DNA of 64,000 nt from a virus (taxonomy: Duplodnaviria > Heunggongvirae > Uroviricota > Caudoviricetes), in IMG/VR virus record IMGVR_UViG_3300025853_000035, positions 1 through 64,000 of that record. One strand, given 5' to 3'. A program made the translations under genes and the position numbers. Position 1 is the first letter of the stretch. Each line of letters opens with the position of its first letter. A model generated the notes under the pieces. That model was given only the letters and a program-made list of their open reading frames with translations, searched no databases and had not been told where the DNA came from. Below, one piece after another: positions 38,161 through 46,416 of this stretch.

Positions 38161-38768
38161 TGGCGAAGAACGCGATGGTCGATCTGGAGACGTGGGACCT
38201 GATCCCCGGTTCCGATCTCCGCAGCATCGGCGCGGTCATCTTCGACATCGAGACGGGCGAGTTCATCGACGAGTTCTATGTCGCGATCAAGACGCCTTGG
38301 TATCTCATAAAGCGGTGGTGGTGGCCGTTCGGCAAGCTGACCCGCTCTGCTGACACCATCAAGTGGTGGTCGCAGCAGTCGGAGGAAGCACAGAACGCTT
38401 TCACCAACCCGGTTAGCATAGGCGAAGCGCTGGGGATGCTGGATGACTGGTGGCGCAAGCACGAGAGCTTCGACTACACCCGCTTCTGGGCGCACGGGCC
38501 TCACTTCGACGAGCAGCTTCTGGCCGCCGCCTACCGCCTCGTGAAAGCGGAGAAGCAGTGGGGCAAGTCCTACCTCAAGGCACCATGGCTCTACCGGGCA
38601 CCGCGCGACCTGCGGACCTTTCTCGAAGCGGCCGGTATGGACCCCAAGACGGGCATCCCCAGCTTCGGCACCGCCCACAACGCCCTCGACGACGCCAAGG
38701 CTCAGGCGCTGGCCGTGGTCGAAGCTCGCCGCCGCCTGACAGCGCCCCGGCTGGCAGAAGCCGCGTGA
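38160..38768 (+). CDS. DEDDh 3'-5' exonuclease (DnaQ/DexA-like)
   Basis: Exo I VDLETWDL, Exo II HGPHFDEQLL and Exo III HNALDDA motifs. Confidence 0.7.
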   Translation: MAKNAMVDLETWDLIPGSDLRSIGAVIFDIETGEFIDEFYVAIKTPWYLIKRWWWPFGKLTRSADTIKWWSQQSEEAQNAFTNPVSIGEALGMLDDWWRKHESFDYTRFWAHGPHFDEQLLAAAYRLVKAEKQWGKSYLKAPWLYRAPRDLRTFLEAAGMDPKTGIPSFGTAHNALDDAKAQALAVVEARRRLTAPRLAEAA

Positions 38769-39004
38769 GCGCCAAGATGACCCGCATCCTCCTCCCCGGT
38801 CTGCCGTCCGGGGAGGGCTATCTGGATTGGGACGAGCGCTCGATCGAGGATATGGTCTCCATCATGCGCCGCCGGGCGGCCCACTACCGGATGGTGGCTG
38901 ACGCCATCGACCGGGCGGCCGACGAGGACTTCAAGATCGACATCGTCCGGGGATCGATCGTCCAGCACCACATCCGCAACCTCCAGCCGGGACGCGACGC
39001 ATGA
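38765..39004 (+). CDS. hypothetical protein (GTG start)
   Basis: In-frame GTG overlapping the upstream stop. Confidence 0.35.
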   Translation: MSAKMTRILLPGLPSGEGYLDWDERSIEDMVSIMRRRAAHYRMVADAIDRAADEDFKIDIVRGSIVQHHIRNLQPGRDA

Positions 39005-39294
39005 GCTTCGAATTGCTCTCACCCGGCCCGCTAGGTGCCATCCTCCACGTCAACCGCCAGTTCATCGCCATGAACGCCAAGGACGGAGGCAACCGCCCCG
39101 TCTACACCCTCAAGCCCAACGGCCCGAACTCGACACCGATCTATGCCCGCGAGGTCTCCGTCGATGGTCCCTCGCGCTGCGTGTTCAGCGCCGACCGGCT
39201 CGCCTGCGGTGCCCATGCTTGGATTGCTATCCCGCCCGGCACCACCCTCGGCCTTCACGATCCGATGACCTTCGAGGAGGCCAAGGCCGCCTGA
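39001..39294 (+). CDS. hypothetical protein (97 aa)
   Basis: ORF only. Confidence 0.4.
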   Translation: MSFELLSPGPLGAILHVNRQFIAMNAKDGGNRPVYTLKPNGPNSTPIYAREVSVDGPSRCVFSADRLACGAHAWIAIPPGTTLGLHDPMTFEEAKAA

Positions 39295-39312
39295 CCTACC
39301 GCTGACCTACCG
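39293..39312. repeat. integrase arm-type repeats (2 copies of TGACCTAC, inverted)
   Basis: ctgacctaccgctgacctacc; reverse complement of the GTAGGTCAG repeats further right. Confidence 0.6.
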
Positions 39313-39437
39313 TTGTCTCCACCTCACCCGTCGTCCGAAAGGCCGGCGGGTGTTTTGTTTTGTGATTCGCGAGCCGCTGAATTTCCCCCATAAGACCCAT
39401 CTTGACCCATGGCGTAACACCGTGAGCCAAGGAAAAG

Positions 39438-39462
39438 TAGGTCAGAAAGTAGGTCAGCGCCA
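39438..39462. repeat. integrase arm-type repeats (2 copies of GTAGGTCAG)
   Basis: aagtaggtcagaaagtaggtcagcg. Confidence 0.6.
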
Positions 39463-39470
39463 AGAAACGA

Positions 39471-39498
39471 AAAGCCCCGCCGGTTAGGGCGGGGCTAT
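39471..39498. terminator. rho-independent terminator-like hairpin
   Basis: AAAGCCCCGCCGGTTAGGGCGGGGCTAT. Confidence 0.5.
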
Positions 39499-39524
39499 AA
39501 ACCCTTGATTTACAAGGGAGAAAA

Positions 39525-39572
39525 TGGTGGACGCACTAGGGTTCGAACCTAGGACCCGCTGATTAAGAGTGA
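39525..39572 (-). other. 3' tRNA fragment (acceptor 3' strand, T-arm and CCA): the attP core
   Basis: The minus strand reads ...GGTCCTAGGTTCGAACCCTAGTGCGTCCACCA. No matching 5' acceptor strand (GGACGCA) lies upstream, so this is a partial tRNA copy as expected of a phage att core. Confidence 0.7.
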
Positions 39573-39696
39573 CAAACTCCTGTTACACGACGAGACGCGC
39601 CGAGACAAGCTGTCTCAAGAAAACCCCGGAAATCCGCCATTTTTGGTCCTTTCTTAGTAACAACGTGGGACATCCTGTTTCATCCAGAAACGACAA

Positions 39697-39762
39697 AAAG
39701 TAGGTCAGGAGTAGGTCAGCCCTCTTGCGGCGGCGCTCCGGGTAGGTCAGAAGTAGGTCAGA
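39697..39762. repeat. integrase arm-type repeats (4 copies of GTAGGTCAG)
   Basis: agtaggtcaggagtaggtcagcc ... ggtaggtcagaagtaggtcagaaac, immediately upstream of int. Confidence 0.6.
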
Positions 39763-39792
39763 AACTCGATCTGCAAACAGGAAGATTTGTCC

Positions 39793-41148
39793 ATGAAGAA
39801 ACAGCTTACGGCGGCCTTCGTCAAGGGCCTCAAGCCCGGTCCGAAGAAACAGGTGATCACTGATTCTGTGGCGGCCAACCTCCGCCTGATCGTCCACCCG
39901 ACCGGGCGAAAGATTTGGGCATGGCAAGGCAAGGTGAACGGTGAGCCGAAGACGGTGACGCTGGGTCAGTGGTTGGAGACCGGAGGCATGGACCTGTCCG
40001 CCGCCCGCGAGCGAGCGACCGAGATCAACACCGCCAAGGTCGAGGGAAGAGCGGTGAGCTTCCTAACGCCCAGCGAGGAGTCATCCGAGCCGGCGATCGA
40101 CCCGCGCGCCTCCCTCACCTGCGACTGGATGTTCGATCAATATATGGCGGCCGAGGGCGAGACGAGGAAGACGGCCAAGGAGAAGCGGACCACCTACAAC
40201 CGGGAGATCAAACCGACGCTGGGTGAGCGGCAGATCGACACCATCACCTACGACGATCTGGCGGCGATCGTGCAGAAGAAGTTTGCGGAAGGGAAGGGGC
40301 CGGCGTCGAACCGGCTCAAGGCGCTCATCGCCCGCTGGTGGAAGTGGGGCGTCTCGCGCGGCCGGGCCGTGACCGGTCTGACCGTCAACCCGGCGATCGA
40401 TCTGGTGAGCCTCGCCGACGAGAACAAGCGTCGTCGCTACCTCACGAATTACGAGATCGGGGTGTTCTTCAAAGGAACCTATTTGGCTCGTGACACCTTC
40501 GCTGAGATGATGACCGTCATCCTCTACACCGGCCTGCGACGGAGCGAGGCGGCCGGTCTGACATGGGACGAGGTCCGCTTCCACGACAACACGATTCTGA
40601 TCAGCGGTGAGCGGATCAAGAACGGGTTGGACCTGCTGCTGTGGATGCCGGACACGGTGGTCGCGATCCTGCGCCAACGCAAGCGCCTCACCGGCAATTA
40701 CAAATACGTCTGGCCGGCCCCGTTCTCGTGGAGGCAGGGCGAGACGGTCGATGAAGACGAGGACACGTCGAAGGAGCTAATCAGCTTCACGAAGCCCATG
40801 AACGCGCTCAACGAGACCTGCCAGAAGCTGGCGGCGAAGGAGCGGAAGACCATGGAGCGGTTCACCGTCCACGATCTGCGTCGCACGCTGGCGACGGGTA
40901 TGCGGGGATTGAGGGATGCCGAGGACAAGCCTCTCATCCTGTCGGACATCGTCGAGCGGGTCATCAACCACATCATCGGCGGCGTCCGGGGCAACTACGA
41001 TCACCACGACTATTTCGCGGAGAAGAAGGCGGCGCTCCGCATTTGGGCGGAGCACCTTGATCCGATCAGGCTGACCGCTCACGCAGCCATTGAGAAAACT
41101 CACTCCGCAGCCAGCGGGTCGCCTGCACGTTCACTGGCTGAGGCATGA
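39793..41148 (+). CDS. int: tyrosine integrase (P4-type)
   Basis: N-terminal arm-binding domain (LTAAFVKGLKPGPKK...ANLRLIVHPTGRKIWAWQGKVNG, DUF4102-like) and a catalytic region with HDLRRTLATGM and a C-terminal Tyr. Adjacent to a tRNA fragment and arm repeats. Confidence 0.9.
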   Translation: MKKQLTAAFVKGLKPGPKKQVITDSVAANLRLIVHPTGRKIWAWQGKVNGEPKTVTLGQWLETGGMDLSAARERATEINTAKVEGRAVSFLTPSEESSEPAIDPRASLTCDWMFDQYMAAEGETRKTAKEKRTTYNREIKPTLGERQIDTITYDDLAAIVQKKFAEGKGPASNRLKALIARWWKWGVSRGRAVTGLTVNPAIDLVSLADENKRRRYLTNYEIGVFFKGTYLARDTFAEMMTVILYTGLRRSEAAGLTWDEVRFHDNTILISGERIKNGLDLLLWMPDTVVAILRQRKRLTGNYKYVWPAPFSWRQGETVDEDEDTSKELISFTKPMNALNETCQKLAAKERKTMERFTVHDLRRTLATGMRGLRDAEDKPLILSDIVERVINHIIGGVRGNYDHHDYFAEKKAALRIWAEHLDPIRLTAHAAIEKTHSAASGSPARSLAEA

Positions 41149-41386
41149 ACTTTCCGTCGCGCCGCCAGCGGTAAAGCGTCTGCCGGCTGATCTTGAGCTT
41201 GGCGCAGATTTCCGCGATCGTAATGATTTCGTCGGGATCAGCATCACGCGCCGGGGTGATAGTGCCGAGGAGAGTGGCCATGCTGAGGAGGCCATTCAAT
41301 TCGGCATCATCAAGGGTGATACCGAGGCCGCTGGCTTTAGCGGCCTCGATCTTCGCACACAGGGAGGTCATGTCGGTCATGCTCAT
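41066..41386 (-). CDS. AlpA-like HTH excisionase / transcriptional regulator
   Basis: ISRQTLYRWRRDGKFMPQPVNVQATRWLRSEFSQWL matches the Phage_AlpA helix-turn-helix signature. Convergent with int. Confidence 0.7.
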   Translation of the reverse strand: MSMTDMTSLCAKIEAAKASGLGITLDDAELNGLLSMATLLGTITPARDADPDEIITIAEICAKLKISRQTLYRWRRDGKFMPQPVNVQATRWLRSEFSQWLRERSA

Positions 41387-41461
41387 GGTCTACCCAGAAT
41401 GACCATCACTGTCAATTCATAATAGCTCTTGGTCGATCATCACGCGCCATCACGTCATTTT

Positions 41462-41530
41462 CCGTCTTGACCCATCGGACAAATCTTCCTATTCGCTTCT
41501 CATCAACAACGACTCGAAGGAGACAGACCG
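41462..41530 (+). promoter_or_regulatory. conserved phage promoter plus leader (family copy)
   Basis: TTGACCCATCGGACAAATCTTCCTATTCGCTTCTCATCAACAACGACTCGAAGGAGACAGACCGATGG. Confidence 0.6.
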
Positions 41531-41920
41531 ATGGCTTTCAAGATCACCAAGACCGACAACGCCCGCGTGATGAAGCTGGCCGGCGAACTCGACGATATGC
41601 GAACCGAGATCAACGACAAGCTCGACGAATGGCGGGGCGAACTGAGCGGCCTGCTCGACGCCCTCAACGAGAAGCGTGAGGAACTGCGTGGCGTGATCGA
41701 GGACATCCAAGCCGAACAGCAGAGCGCCTATGACGACATGTCGGAGCGCTGGCTCGAAGGCGACCGCGCCTCGCCCACCGAAGACTGGATCGGCGCGCTT
41801 GCGGATGCGGAGGCATTGGTCTCCGACGACTTCACGTTCGAACTGCCTGACGAAATGGAATTCGACGACGAGTTCGAAACCCTCAAGGACGAGGGTCTGC
41901 CCACCGAGCCGGAATATTGA
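41531..41920 (+). CDS. highly acidic protein (129 aa); candidate DNA-mimic or anti-restriction protein
   Basis: Strongly acidic composition (D/E-rich C-terminus DDFTFELPDEMEFDDEFETLKDEGLPTEPEY). First gene after int/xis. Confidence 0.45.
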   Translation: MAFKITKTDNARVMKLAGELDDMRTEINDKLDEWRGELSGLLDALNEKREELRGVIEDIQAEQQSAYDDMSERWLEGDRASPTEDWIGALADAEALVSDDFTFELPDEMEFDDEFETLKDEGLPTEPEY

Positions 41921-42001
41921 AACGGCAAAATGGCGGTTGACGAACCGGAAGAATCGTCCTAATTCGACCCCATCAACAACGAATCGAAGGAGACAGACCC
42001 T

Positions 42002-42352
42002 ATGGCTCAGAAGCTCATCCTTGATGACCAGATGGAGGTGCTGCGGCAGAACGGGGCGGTCGCCTCGCGCTCCGGCGACGGCAGCGATCTTCGTCCCGTG
42101 CTCAAGCTCTTCACCCCGGACGGCGCGGCGACGTGGCTTATCTCCGAGATCGATGCCGACGGCGACACGCTGTTCGGTCTGTGCGATCTGGGCCTCGGAG
42201 AACCAGAGCTTGGTTACGTCTCGCTGACCGAGATCAAGTCGATCCGGGGCGGGCTGGGTCTCCCGGTCGAACGGGACATCTCGTTCACCCCGACGATGAC
42301 CATGGCCGAATATACCACCAAGGCTCGCCGGGCCGGCCGGATCGTTCTTTGA
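42002..42352 (+). CDS. DUF2958-like protein
   Basis: LFTPDGAATWLISEIDADGDTLFGLCDLGLGEPELGYVSLTEIKSI resembles DUF2958. Promoter copy at 41922-42001. Confidence 0.4.
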   Translation: MAQKLILDDQMEVLRQNGAVASRSGDGSDLRPVLKLFTPDGAATWLISEIDADGDTLFGLCDLGLGEPELGYVSLTEIKSIRGGLGLPVERDISFTPTMTMAEYTTKARRAGRIVL

Positions 42353-42417
42353 CCGGGCCGCCGGCCACGGTCCTCCTGACCTTGAAGGAATCCGAAGCCT
42401 TGCTCTGGGGCTTCGCC

Positions 42418-42753
42418 ATGATGGGGGACTATGCTCACGAGCCGCCGGACGATGAGACTGATCCGGTCTATCTCCTGCTCAAGGCAGGGTATAGGCCGGA
42501 GCAGTTCGAGGCCGCCTGCAAGCGCCTCCGTCCGATGGCACTCGACGATTATCTGCGTGAGCCGTTCTCGGACCTCGAAAAGATGATCTTGCGGTTGGCG
42601 GTGGAGAACACATCGTGGATCACCACCTACCGCACCCACGCCCCAACCCGTGACTCGCCCATGCTGATCCGTGAAGCATTGACCGCGTTGCGAACCCTCG
42701 CCGCCAAGCTCGAAGACTTCGGCATCGAAGTCAACTACATCCCCAACGATTGA
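42418..42753 (+). CDS. hypothetical protein (starts MMGDYAHEPP)
   Basis: Internal ATG of ORF 42133..42753. Confidence 0.4.
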   Translation: MMGDYAHEPPDDETDPVYLLLKAGYRPEQFEAACKRLRPMALDDYLREPFSDLEKMILRLAVENTSWITTYRTHAPTRDSPMLIREALTALRTLAAKLEDFGIEVNYIPND

Positions 42754-42764
42754 AAAGGAGCCAC

Positions 42765-43865
42765 ATGTTCGACATCTGTGTATTCGCTGGCCGTATGCGT
42801 CCGCCGACGGCCGCTCATCTGGCCAACATCCGCGCCGGCCTCGCCGCTTCCCAATATGTCTTCGTCATCATCGGCTCGACCGGTGAAGCCCCGCACTTCA
42901 AGAACCCCTTCACGTTCGACGAAGTCCAGACCATGATCCGTGGCTCGCTGTCGGCGGCCGAGAATGATCGCGTCTTCGTCCACGGCGTCCGCGACCGCGA
43001 CAATGACCTTGCGTGGGTCCGCGACGTGCAGAAGATCGTCCACGAACAGGCGACCGCGCTGTCGATCCCCGGCGAGCCGCGTATCGCTCTGGTAGGCTGC
43101 AACAAGGACGGCTCGTCCTATTACCTCAAGCTCTTCCGCCAGTGGGGAAGCATCGGTGTCGAGCCGATCCTGAACGACGGCGAATCGATGTCGGCGACCG
43201 CCATGCGTATGGCGCTCTACGAAGCCGAGGACCCCGGCCGCGTCCTCAAGACGTGGAAGGACCTGTTCGGCGCTTCCTATCTCCCGCACGGCACCTTCTG
43301 GTTCCTGCGCCAGTGGGTGAACACCGAGCACTTCCAGCAGATGCGGGCCGAGGCGCTGTTCATGCGGGACGAACTCAAGAAGTTCCAGCCGAACCCCTAC
43401 ACCGGCCAGCCGCAGCAGCACAATTGCGCCGACTTCTATCTACAGCACGGCGGCGCTGTCCTGCTGGTCAAGCGCGATCGGATGCCCGGCGAAGGGCTGT
43501 GGGCGGTGCCCGGCGGGCACAAGCACGCCTACCAGACGTTCCGCGACGCAGCGCTCGCTGAGCTTGGTCAGGAAACCAGCATCTTCGACCTGAACGAAGC
43601 CATCACGCCCGACGTGATCAACAGCTACATCCGGGGCGACAAGCTGCTCGACAATCCGTGGCGGTCGAACCGCGAAGTGACCGTCTCGGTAGCTTACGGC
43701 GCGCTGCTGCCCGGCAGCTTCACCCGGCCGCTGATCGAAGGCGCTGACGACGCCCGCGAAGCCCGCTGGTGGAACATCGACGAGATCACCCGTGACATGA
43801 TGTTCGAAGACCACTTCAACATCATCGAGGATTTCTCGAACCGCTTCCGCGATCTGACGATCTAA
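42765..43865 (+). CDS. nadM: bifunctional NMN adenylyltransferase / Nudix ADP-ribose pyrophosphatase (NadM-Nudix)
   Basis: N-terminus ICVFAGRMRPPTAAHLANI matches the archaeal-type NMNAT motif GRFQPxH/TxGH. C-terminal Nudix box GGHKHAYQTFRDAALAELGQETS. SD AAGGAG before the ATG. Confidence 0.7.
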   Translation: MFDICVFAGRMRPPTAAHLANIRAGLAASQYVFVIIGSTGEAPHFKNPFTFDEVQTMIRGSLSAAENDRVFVHGVRDRDNDLAWVRDVQKIVHEQATALSIPGEPRIALVGCNKDGSSYYLKLFRQWGSIGVEPILNDGESMSATAMRMALYEAEDPGRVLKTWKDLFGASYLPHGTFWFLRQWVNTEHFQQMRAEALFMRDELKKFQPNPYTGQPQQHNCADFYLQHGGAVLLVKRDRMPGEGLWAVPGGHKHAYQTFRDAALAELGQETSIFDLNEAITPDVINSYIRGDKLLDNPWRSNREVTVSVAYGALLPGSFTRPLIEGADDAREARWWNIDEITRDMMFEDHFNIIEDFSNRFRDLTI

Positions 43866-43877
43866 TCAGGAGACCCC

Positions 43878-45344
43878 ATGAGCTATATCACGACCATCGG
43901 GGAACTGCTGAACCAGCCGATCCTCAACAGCGACACCTACAAGAACAGCCACTGGACGTTCGAGCACCCGCAGTTCACTTCGAGCTACGGCTACATCGAA
44001 GCCCGTAAGGGTGGCGAGTTCAGCGAGGTCATGTTCTTCGGCCTGCAATACCTGCTGCGCTATTACCTGACCCAGCGCGTCACCGACTCGGTGATCGCCC
44101 ACGCCCGCCGCTTCCTCCCGCTGCACGGCGTGCCGTTCAACGAAGAAATGTGGACGACCATCCGCGACAAGCACGATGGCCGGTGGCCGGTGCGGATCAA
44201 GGCGCTTCCAGAGGGCGTCCTCGTCCCGCAGGGCTGTGTCCTTGTCACGGTGGAATCGCTCGACGAGGAATGCGCCGGTGTCGCCGCGTTCGTCGAAACC
44301 CTGCTGCTTCGCGGCGTCTGGCTCCCCACCACGATCGCCACCCGGTCGATGCGCTGGTGGCGTCTGGTCGATCGCTACCTCACCCAGAGCGGCACGCCGG
44401 AGACGGCGGAGTTCAAGGTGGTGGACTTCTCGGCGCGCGGCGTCCGGTCGTCCGAGGACGCAGGCATCTCCGGCATGGCCCATCTCCTGAACTTTCAGGT
44501 GACCGACAATCTGCTTGGCATCCTGTTCGGCCAGAACGCCTACACGACCGAAACCATGCTGGGATATTCGATCCCGGCGACCGAGCACTCGGTCACCACG
44601 TCGTGGGGCAAGGAAAACGAGCAGGCGTTCTTCGAGCACATTCTCGAAGTCCATGGCCAGACCGTGAACCCGCTGGGCGGCCGGTCGCCGGTGTCGGTGG
44701 TGATCGACACCTACGATCAGGACAACGCCGTCCGCATGTGGCTGACGCCGGCCGAGAAGGGCGGTTGCGGCCTCCGCGAGAAGCTGGAAGCGTCGAACAT
44801 GTGCGTCGTGCTGCGGCCGGACTCGGGTGATCCGATCATCAACGTCGTCCACCTGCTCGACCTGATCGGAAGCCTGACGGGCTGGACGGTCAACGAGAAG
44901 GGCTTCCGCGTCCTCCCGGATTTCGTTCGCGTCATTCAGGGCGACGGCATCCACGAAGAATCGCTGCGCCGCATCCTCCAGCGTGTGGTCTACCACACTT
45001 GGTCGATCGACAACCTGACCTTCGGTTCGGGCGGTGGTCTGATGATGCACGACGTGGAGCGCGACACCCACCGCTTCGCCATGAAGACCTCGGAAGTGGT
45101 CATCGGCGGTATCACCAGCGCCGTCCGCAAGGAGGTCAAGACCGATCCGTCCAAGGCATCCAAGGCCGGGCGCTTCGCAGTGGTGATGGAGAACGACGTG
45201 CTGATCACCATCCCGGAAGACGAACTCAACGGTCGTCTCAACTATCTGCGGACGGTCTACGAGGACGGCGAACTGGTCGCCCCTGAGACGTTCGATCAGG
45301 TCCGGGAGCGCGCTCGCCAGTGGCGCGTCATCGGGCACGGCTAA
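43878..45344 (+). CDS. nadV: nicotinamide phosphoribosyltransferase (NadV/NAMPT)
   Basis: N-terminus LNQPILNSDTYKNSHW matches the NAMPT DT/SYKxxH signature. 488 aa. Confidence 0.8.
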   Translation: MSYITTIGELLNQPILNSDTYKNSHWTFEHPQFTSSYGYIEARKGGEFSEVMFFGLQYLLRYYLTQRVTDSVIAHARRFLPLHGVPFNEEMWTTIRDKHDGRWPVRIKALPEGVLVPQGCVLVTVESLDEECAGVAAFVETLLLRGVWLPTTIATRSMRWWRLVDRYLTQSGTPETAEFKVVDFSARGVRSSEDAGISGMAHLLNFQVTDNLLGILFGQNAYTTETMLGYSIPATEHSVTTSWGKENEQAFFEHILEVHGQTVNPLGGRSPVSVVIDTYDQDNAVRMWLTPAEKGGCGLREKLEASNMCVVLRPDSGDPIINVVHLLDLIGSLTGWTVNEKGFRVLPDFVRVIQGDGIHEESLRRILQRVVYHTWSIDNLTFGSGGGLMMHDVERDTHRFAMKTSEVVIGGITSAVRKEVKTDPSKASKAGRFAVVMENDVLITIPEDELNGRLNYLRTVYEDGELVAPETFDQVRERARQWRVIGHG

Positions 45345-45349
45345 TGGAA

Positions 45350-45377
45350 GGGCCGCCCTCCGGGGCGGCCTTTTTTA
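45350..45377 (+). terminator. rho-independent terminator
   Basis: GGGCCGCCCTCCGGGGCGGCCTTTTTTAT. Confidence 0.75.
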
Positions 45378-45402
45378 TGGAATAAGTGATTGACTGAATA
45401 TC

Positions 45403-46314
45403 TTGCTTCCCGTAAATGCTATGGCTCAACCGGAGAAGGAGACAGCCTTGAATTTCATCGACCGCATCTGTGAAGACGAACCCCTCGCGCGCGAACTGTT
45501 CGAGGGCGTCAGGGTCGTCACGGTGCATGACGATGTCTATCAGGCGGCTGTCGAACTGATGGAACGCGACGCGACCAAGATCGCCGGCATCGCCAAGTTC
45601 ACCTGCTGGCCGGACTATAACACATGGATCGAAATCCCAGCGCCCAAGGGGCAGCACACGATGGGGTTCTTGTTCTATGGCGGCCTCACGAAGAAAGAGC
45701 AGAGCGTCACGGCAGGCCATGGGCTGGTGTTCATCGGCTTCCCTGATGGTGAGATCATGGCCATCCCTGTTCGCTACGATCTGGAGAGCTACAGCCTCGT
45801 ATGGGCAGATCATCACCAGCTTGCCGCCCGCGCCGCCAAGGCCAACAACGCCAGCCCGGCTGTCCTGTCCCTGCTTGCGATCCACCAGCGGGCGACGACT
45901 GATCCCATCCTGATCCACTCGCAATATGCGGGCGTGCTCGATCACGCCAAGCCGCTGATGTTCTCGCTGCTGGCGTTCATCAATTCACCGAAGCTCGTCC
46001 GCATCCGGGAATGCGACAAGGCGCGGCTGAACGCCCGCCGACTCAAGCGTGGGAAATATCCCTTCCATCCGCATCACGAGGTGCGGCTCAACATCGACAA
46101 GCACATCCTGAGCATCACACAGGGGCAGGGGGACGGCCCTGAGCGCGAACTGCACTTCGTCCGGGCGCATCTGCGCTTCCTCGTCCACCCACGCTACAAG
46201 AACGTCTCCGTGACGCTGGTGCAGCCCCACTACCGGGGCAACCCGGAACTTGGCATCTTGAACACCAGCTATGCGATCGACCGGACGAACTCCCGGTGGA
46301 AGGATGCGGAGTAA
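45403..46314 (+). CDS. hypothetical protein (303 aa)
   Basis: ORF only. Confidence 0.45.
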   Translation: MLPVNAMAQPEKETALNFIDRICEDEPLARELFEGVRVVTVHDDVYQAAVELMERDATKIAGIAKFTCWPDYNTWIEIPAPKGQHTMGFLFYGGLTKKEQSVTAGHGLVFIGFPDGEIMAIPVRYDLESYSLVWADHHQLAARAAKANNASPAVLSLLAIHQRATTDPILIHSQYAGVLDHAKPLMFSLLAFINSPKLVRIRECDKARLNARRLKRGKYPFHPHHEVRLNIDKHILSITQGQGDGPERELHFVRAHLRFLVHPRYKNVSVTLVQPHYRGNPELGILNTSYAIDRTNSRWKDAE

Positions 46315-46416
46315 GTGAGGGACGAGTCCGCTGCGCGGACTCGTGGAGAAAGTGCTTGACCAATTCGCCGGGCTGAACTATCTGAGTCGCAGCAACAGCG
46401 AATCAGGAGACAGACG

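Noticed and set aside
39525-39600. A complete tRNA gene at the integrase locus
   Set aside because: Only the T-arm and 3' acceptor strand are present. No complementary 5' acceptor strand or anticodon arm could be built from the upstream sequence, so it is a partial copy (att core).
43866-45338. 490-aa minus-strand ORF
   Set aside because: Exact antisense of nadV (NAMPT signature on the plus strand).
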